64,000 bases of DNA, from NCBI RefSeq assembly GCF_006345805.1, contig NC_043002.1:53754001-53818000 (forward strand), read 5' to 3'. The position numbers and the translations under genes are program-made. Numbering within the stretch: the first letter of the stretch is position 1; each line of letters starts with the position of its first letter. The DNA is from Octopus sinensis (taxonomy: Eukaryota). This document shows positions 56,985 to 64,000 of the stretch, one piece after another. The notes below the pieces were generated by a model that saw only the letters and a program-made list of their open reading frames with translations, was not told the DNA's origin and made no database searches.

Positions 56985-57055
<71 letters not shown>

Positions 57056-57388
57056 CGAGCAAAACGCCCCACCGTCCGATGGACGGTGCTGAGTTGTCAG
57101 ACATTTAAACCAAATTTTCTCGCAACAACTTGTCCGACCGTCCCATAGGCCTCCCCTTTGAGAAACACTGATTTAACCTAAATTTGAAATATTAGCAAAA
57201 GAAGACGTAAAGATATACTTAATCGTTCACATTGTCACCTGGAATTGATTTTGTAATTTTTTCAAGACTTATACACGTCCCGATACAGTCGGTATCTACA
57301 TATGAAATTTGAGCGCAATCGGATGGAGGATGCCCGAGATCCTAGAGGACACGCACACAGACAGACAGAAAGGATTTTATATAATAGA
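57056..57388 (-). mobile_element. Short non-autonomous Helitron-like element
   Basis: Minus-strand 5' end A|TCTATTATATAAAA with a (CTGT)n stretch. Subterminal hairpin ACCGTCC-GAT-GGACGGT (57071-57087). 3' end CTCG|T. Confidence 0.7.
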
Positions 57389-57559
57389 TATGTGTGTGCG
57401 CGCGCGCGTGTGTATGGATGTTTGGGCTAAATTTGATAGTGCTTTGCATTCTTCTTTAAGCATAAAGATAAAGCATAAAGATTAAAGTTGTAGAGAAAAA
57501 GTAAGTTGGCATGGGAAACTGGTAGCCATCTGAATATTGGAAAGGAGTTATCTATGCTA

Positions 57560-57780
57560 TGATTATTCGCTGCGAAATACCGAGATCGTGACTGTTGCTC
57601 AATGTTTTGTGAGCATTTTAAAAACTATACGACATAACACTGCATCCGCGCGCCGGAAATCATCTCTTTAATTTTGAAAAGTGCCATAAGCATAATTCAG
57701 ACGGGTATGTGAAGCTGCTGGACACTAGCCAATACCCGGATGGAGAGGATTGCTGCTGGAAAGCAGCAGGATTCATTTTA
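57560..57780 (+). pseudogene. Deleted Tc1/mariner-superfamily transposase remnant
   Basis: NSDGYVKLLDT ... MERIAAGKQQDS resembles N...Y...L...V.PW......QQD.AP around the second catalytic Asp. Confidence 0.5.
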
Positions 57781-57884
57781 TTTACGGATACGCTATGATG
57801 TGTGTTATTTTCCGGTGTTGAAAATTGCCAAATTTAGCTCGAACACTCTCTCTATACACACACACGCATGTTACCTATTACTAG

Positions 57885-58332
57885 CAATTCTTTCTACAAT
57901 AGGCACAAAACCTGAAAATTCGAGAGAGGTGTGTAGTCAATTACAGCGACTCCAGTCGGCGATTGCCACTTATTTTATCAGCTCCGAAAGGACGATAGAC
58001 AACGTTGAACACGGCAGACATTGAACTCGGAACGCAAATACGAACGAAATGTCGCTATGCATTTTATCCAGTGAAGTAACTTTCCTACCAGATCACCATC
58101 CCTATATTTTCCTAATAATCCTTTCTGCTGTAGGCACAAGGCCTGAAATTTGGTGGGAGGGGACTACCCGATTGCACCGATCCCACCGTTTTACTGGTAG
58201 CTAATTTATCAGCCTCGAAAGAAGAAAAAGCAAAGACGACCTCAGCGGAATTTGAACTCAGGACGTAGCGACGGGCGAAATAGCTCTAAGCATTTTGCCC
58301 AGTATGCTAACGATTCCGCCAGTTCACCGCCT
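57885..58332 (-). mobile_element. Two adjacent SINE family B copies; the younger (58120-58332) has a 17-bp target-site duplication
   Basis: TATATTTTCCTAATAAT at 58103-58119 and 58333-58349. Confidence 0.85.
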
Positions 58333-58717
58333 TATATTTTCCTAATAATGATATCTAATGTCATTTTAGATAGATTTGGCTGCTATTTCTAGTGAGCTAA
58401 TCGACTGGACAAAGGCACCTACTTTAGTTCGATTTCATACCATCTATATAGAACATCAATAGTGTTTCTCTTTGTAGGTTATTCAAAGAAAAAGATAAAT
58501 ACTACGATATGTCAGAAAGTGTGACACTGATCAATTTTTATTGAAACACTTCACCACGCAACCCAATCAACCCATTACATTATATAAAGATGAAAAATGT
58601 GCATTCACTTTGCGTTGTTATTTGAAGAAAAAGTTATGAGATATATCGTAGATTGTAAATTGAAAATTTAATGCAGAATTTGATACGCTTCCCTCTGATT
58701 TCACGTGATCTACATAA

Positions 58718-58767
58718 ATATATATATATGTATATATATATATACATATATATATGTATATATATTA

Positions 58768-58798
<31 letters not shown>

Positions 58799-58988
58799 GT
58801 ATTTATATTTATGTATATATATATATAATATATATATATATTATATATATATATCATATATATTGTATATTATATATATATATATATATATAATATATAT
58901 TATATATATATATATAATATAATATAATATAATATATATATATATATTATATATATATATATTATATATATATATAATATATATATAT

Positions 58989-59038
<50 letters not shown>

Positions 59039-59050
59039 TATGTATGTATG
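58718..59050. repeat. Long interrupted (TA)n followed by (TG)n
   Basis: Direct reading. Confidence 0.95.
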
Positions 59051-59187
59051 TATAATCAAAATAAGCAATAAGGATATCATCTGAATCTAAATTATGTATG
59101 TATACATGTACGTGTGAGGGCTTACATATATTAATAACAGTATGGTGTATATGTGTGTGCGTGGGGAGAGAGAGCGAGCGAGCGAGC

Positions 59188-59220
<33 letters not shown>

Positions 59221-59648
59221 AGTTATATTATTTAATAAATGTGTGATATATGTATACGTATGTATACACACGCACATATGTGTGTATATATATATATACA
59301 CACATATACGCTAGATGTAAACAGCAACGAGGCTCAAGATGAAAAATGGGTAATAGGCGTATATAGATGTATATCAGAAAAAGTATATGCCCAAAAAGTA
59401 ATTAGATGCATTACTGGAAATATATTCTACATATATACGCACGCAGTCTAAGGCACCCACAGATACAGAAAGACACACACTTACGCACACTCACACACAC
59501 TCAAAATCTTAACTCGCATAGACACGGAAACGCACGTGTACGTATATCCCGGTGCGTGTGCGTGTCTTGTGTGCCTGCGAATTGGGTATTTATGTGTGTG
59601 CTTGTGTGTGCTTGTGTGTGCATGTGCATGTGCGTGTGTGTGTGTGTG

Positions 59649-59706
<58 letters not shown>

Positions 59707-60204
59707 TGCGTGTGTCTTAGTATTTGTGAGTACTCAGACTACGTGCGTACATATATATACATATATTTCCCCTCATGCATCTAATCCATTCCGAAATACA
59801 CTGTCCCTACAGGTCAATAAATTGCACCTCATATTCAAGTCTTCGAATAAACTATAGGGTGTTATTCAGGCACTCAACTATGAGTCCACTGTATCATATA
59901 TCAGAAACAGCTATAAGCGAATGAAGTTCATAAGATAATAAGTTCCTAGGTTATCTCTTTCGTATTATCGTTCTATACTCAACCATCACTTTGCTATAAC
60001 ACTATAATTCATATTTATGAACACTATAATCCATAGGACAGATACTGTGATTTTTCACAGGTTACAAAGTTATTCAAACTCAGGAACAACACTGTTATTT
60101 TTGCAATCTCTATAAATCTCTCGCCCGTTATGCTCGTTATGTCGACATTCTTTGTGTTGCTTCAGTTGGTGTTTAATGTAAAGTAATTTTAATACTGAAC
60201 TGAT

Positions 60205-60592
60205 ATGAGGTGGTACGCAAAATGCTTATTGCCACTGGTCCGTCTTTACGTTATGCGTTAAAATTCCCACCATGGGTCCGATAAAATAAGTATAAGTCTA
60301 GCACTGGGGTCGATATAATCGTCTCAACCCTTTCCTCTCCCGGAATTGGTGGCTTTATGCCAAAATTTGAAGCCAATATTGAACTGGCAGAATCGTTAGT
60401 ACGCTGGGAAAATGCTTAGCGGCATTTCGACCGTCTTCACGCACTGAGTTCAAACTCTCTCGAGGTCGACTTTGCCTTTCATACTCTGGTCTGGGGGGAT
60501 AAAATAAGTACCAGTGTAACGCTGGGGTATACGTAATCGACTTACACCCTTCCCCGAACTTTGAGGCCTTGTACTACAATTTCAAACCAATT
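60205..60592 (+). mobile_element. Tandem pair of SINE family B copies
   Basis: AAAATGCTTA...GATAAAATAAGTA...CTGGGGT...AATCG...AATTT.AA.CCAAT appears twice. Confidence 0.8.
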
Positions 60593-61352
60593 TTGAAGTG
60601 ATAAGTTACCAAAAGTTTTTTCTGTCATGAATGTCGCTTCTAGTATTTTATGTTCATTGAGAGAAATGTGCGAGTGATATCAAATGGTTCGAGTGATCTC
60701 AAATAAGCCCACCAATTAGTTGATGGTGGTATATTTTTTTAACTTCATCGAAATTTTTAATGTAAAATCACATCTAACATCGAGAATATATGTCATACGA
60801 AAAGAACGTTGACTGCAATTTCTGATATCACATGCAACTTTGGATGCTTGTCTGACTTTTATAATTCTCTATATTCCATACGTGTGAAGCCGTATGATAT
60901 TTGTAATTATTGTGCAGAAATATCTTTCAGCTAAGATATTTTCATTTTGTATTTTTGGGAGTTTTTTTTTGTCTTTTTGCTTTCTTTGTCAGCAATATTG
61001 TTGTTATTCAGAATCAACTATGTTCTCTCCATTTCTATTAAAGTATTAAAACCGTTATTATACCATTAGTGAGAAAAATCCGTAACGCCAAAGGAAGTAA
61101 GTCAAAGTGGCTGCTGGTAGGCATGGTAGTGTTGTCTCCAGGAGCGACATGAATGATGCTGATAGTGGGAATGAAAAGAGTGAGTGAGCGAAGCAGTGAC
61201 GTTTGTTTATTTTTATAGGGATTTTGTTAATTACCGGCGACAACCGTTGACATCACTACGACTCATCACTATCACTTCAATAATATATGTGTGTGTGAGT
61301 GCGTGTGTGCATACGAAACATACGAAACGTACCTCCACCCCATATATATATG

Positions 61353-61411
<59 letters not shown>

Positions 61412-61412
<1 letters not shown>

Positions 61413-61542
61413 ACCGGAAAGGTTACGAAAATGAACAAAAGACGAAGGCAGATGGAGTACAAACAAACAAATGTATTAGTATAGCGCTCAGGAATAGAAA
61501 TAGAAAAAGTCTTTTACGTTTCGAGCCTACGCTCTTCGACAG
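61412..61542 (-). mobile_element. pLTR-like fragment between (TA)n tracts with a variant hammerhead core
   Basis: Minus strand: CTGTCGA-A-GAGC(GTAG)GCTC-GAAA-CG-T-A^AAAG. Truncated just 5' of the core. Confidence 0.6.
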
Positions 61543-62625
61543 CGTATATATATATATTACAGATATAGGGTGAAAGATAATTAATTCAATAAAATCAACA
61601 AATTTCACCTATTAGTATTTCGGTATGGAAAAGGACCATATTCGGTAAAAACTTATACAAAAAGTTTTTTTATATATAATTATAACAATAAGGGTTTTGC
61701 AACAAGTTGCTGCAGCCAAAAGACTACTATTTCCTTTTTCTACAAAAATATGTCTCCAGGGACAAAAATATTTGCGACTCACATATGGCAAAAAAAAAAG
61801 AAGAAAAATAATGAAAGCAAACAGTCTTCGATTAATCAAAGACTGTTTGATTTCATTATGTGTGTGCGCGCGCACGTGTTTGTGTGTTATATATGCATAT
61901 GTATATGGAACGGACAGACTTTCGCTGTAGAAATGGTCAGGGAGGTCCACAGATAGTATAGTAGTCACGTTTCCGGAAAGGGTGAAAGGTGACCGAGGCA
62001 CTAAGTAACTCCCTCTCTTAGAAAAAGAAAACCGAAAAGTTTCTGGAATCATCAAAGAACGAAACAATGTTCAGTACGGCACGGAATAAAAATACGGATA
62101 AAATTAAATTGTAGTTTAAAAACATTATTTCTTTACACTCGAATTTTACAGCATTTTTGCAGTACAGAAAATGCGATCCCTATGAATTATATTGGAATAT
62201 TCTATGCATAAATGTTGCAGTGAATATGATAGATCGAGGTCTGTTTTATTCATATAGTAGAAAGTTAGCGGAATTATGTTTTCGTTTTCTGGAGATTTGT
62301 AATTTGTGTATCTTGATATTTTCCAGCTAGAGATTATTGAACGAGACAGATTAGACTGTCGAATTTTCCCCAGATTTACACAACCACAAACAATGAAATT
62401 AAATTACTAAGTTAAAAATAGCAAGATTTGGAAATATTCCATCATCTCTTTCTTTCTCTTTCTTCCTTTCTCTTCTTTCCTTTCTATATCCATATATATA
62501 TACGCACAAATATATAAGGAGAGAGAAAGAGAGAAACACAGAGAGAGCAACTGAGAGACAAAGAGATAGAGAGAAAGATATATATATACACACATATGTA
62601 TTTAATCATATACATACACACACAC

Positions 62626-62671
<46 letters not shown>

Positions 62672-62699
62672 TATTTCCGACCACCGGCCAAGTATACGT

Positions 62700-63249
62700 A
62701 TGGTGACAACTAAAATAACTGCCTTCTTCCAACTGTTAAACATGGAGGAGGATCTGTGATGATCTGGGGGTGGTACATCTTGGAAACCTGCCGGCCCAAT
62801 AGTTTCCCTTCATGACAGAATTTATAGACAAGTCTATTTAAGCATTATATCTTCTCTAATTCCTCCTATGTCTGCAGAACTGATTCAGGAGGGAAACGCA
62901 ATCTTTCACAATGATAATGCACCAATTCACACAGCTAAAGCTGTTACTGAATGGCACGAGGAATATTCTAGTGAAAATTGAACATCTTATCTGGCTACCA
63001 CAGTCCCCAGATCTCAATATTAGTGAACATTTAAGGTGCATTTGAGAAAAACAAGTAAGGGGTTGATATCCTCCACCACCATCACTACAAGAACTGGAGA
63101 CTCCTTTAGCTGAAAAATGGATAAAAACTTTGTATGAATGCATACCTCGTAGAATTCAAGTTGTAATTACTGCCAAAGCAATCCTACCCCATATTAGAAT
63201 AAATTCGTTTGTAATATTAAGGTGTTTTCATTATTTTGTCCAACCCCTG
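62700..63249 (+). pseudogene. Tc1 (DD34E) transposase 3' half with right TIR
   Basis: PTVKHGGGSVMIWG, FHNDNAPIHTAK, WLPQSPDLNISEHL, IPRRIQVVITAK. Ends ...ATTATTTTGTCCAACCCCTG|TA. Confidence 0.9.
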
Positions 63250-63295
<46 letters not shown>

Positions 63296-63338
63296 TATAT
63301 TACCCTTTTTACTCCCTCTCTCTCACCCTCTTCCTGCT

Positions 63339-63376
<38 letters not shown>

Positions 63377-64000
63377 TTCATTCTGTGTTTCTCATCCTAT
63401 ATTTTAGCTATTTTCCATCATGTTTTTCTTTGTATTTCTTTTGAGATTCCAGTGTAAACATCTTTACATTCATATTGGTTTTGTATATGTTAACATTTTA
63501 AGAATTTAGATACTGATTCTGAGTGATGGAAAGAAGCAGTGAGTAAAAAATAAAAGCAATGACAAAACACAACAAAATTTTGAAAAGGAAAAATAAATCT
63601 ACAAGTTTAGTGATTCTTGAATAAATGTGAAAGAAAATAAACAAATATATTTATAACCAAGTAAACAAAAACTTTGCATATATTAGCGGGAAACTAGATG
63701 AGCAACCAATGTTGCATTCTAGTTGAAAAATCATAGAGAGAAAAAAAGGGAAGATACATTTTTGGATTCTTAGGACTGATAAACTGACTGAGTCAATATA
63801 TCGATCAAATTTGGCAGAATATGAGTTGGACATATTCCAGGTGCATGATGACACAATAAGTTACGATGCGAGAATGCTGGAAAATAATGGAAGAGAATAA
63901 CTGATAGATATCTAAATATCAAATAATACATAAAAGTAACTTTTACTGTAATAACTACCACCAAGATATCTAAACGGAACATATAATATGATTACGATTA

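Overview
AT-rich, microsatellite-saturated animal intergenic or intronic DNA. The SINE families and repeat make-up look like an octopod cephalopod (recognition from memory, not a database result). I found no host protein-coding exon that I can support, and almost all listed ORFs are microsatellite read-through. The window contains decayed CR1/L2-group, RTE and Dong/R4 LINEs, Tc1/mariner relics and MITEs, two Helitrons and at least three tRNA-derived SINE families. The most notable signal is a dense population of small non-coding elements sitting in (TA)n tracts. They carry type I hammerhead ribozyme motifs (CUGANGA...GAAA, palindromic helix III) and are often built as head-to-head fold-backs. 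One is a 506-bp tandem array with intact hammerheads (18465-19950, retrozyme-like, predicted circular RNA). One is a perfect 230-bp palindrome centred on the ribozyme core (49806-50035). One retains a Penelope-type GIY-YIG C-terminus (7809-7955), which links the group to Penelope-like elements. All folds were done by eye, and boundaries are approximate unless stated.
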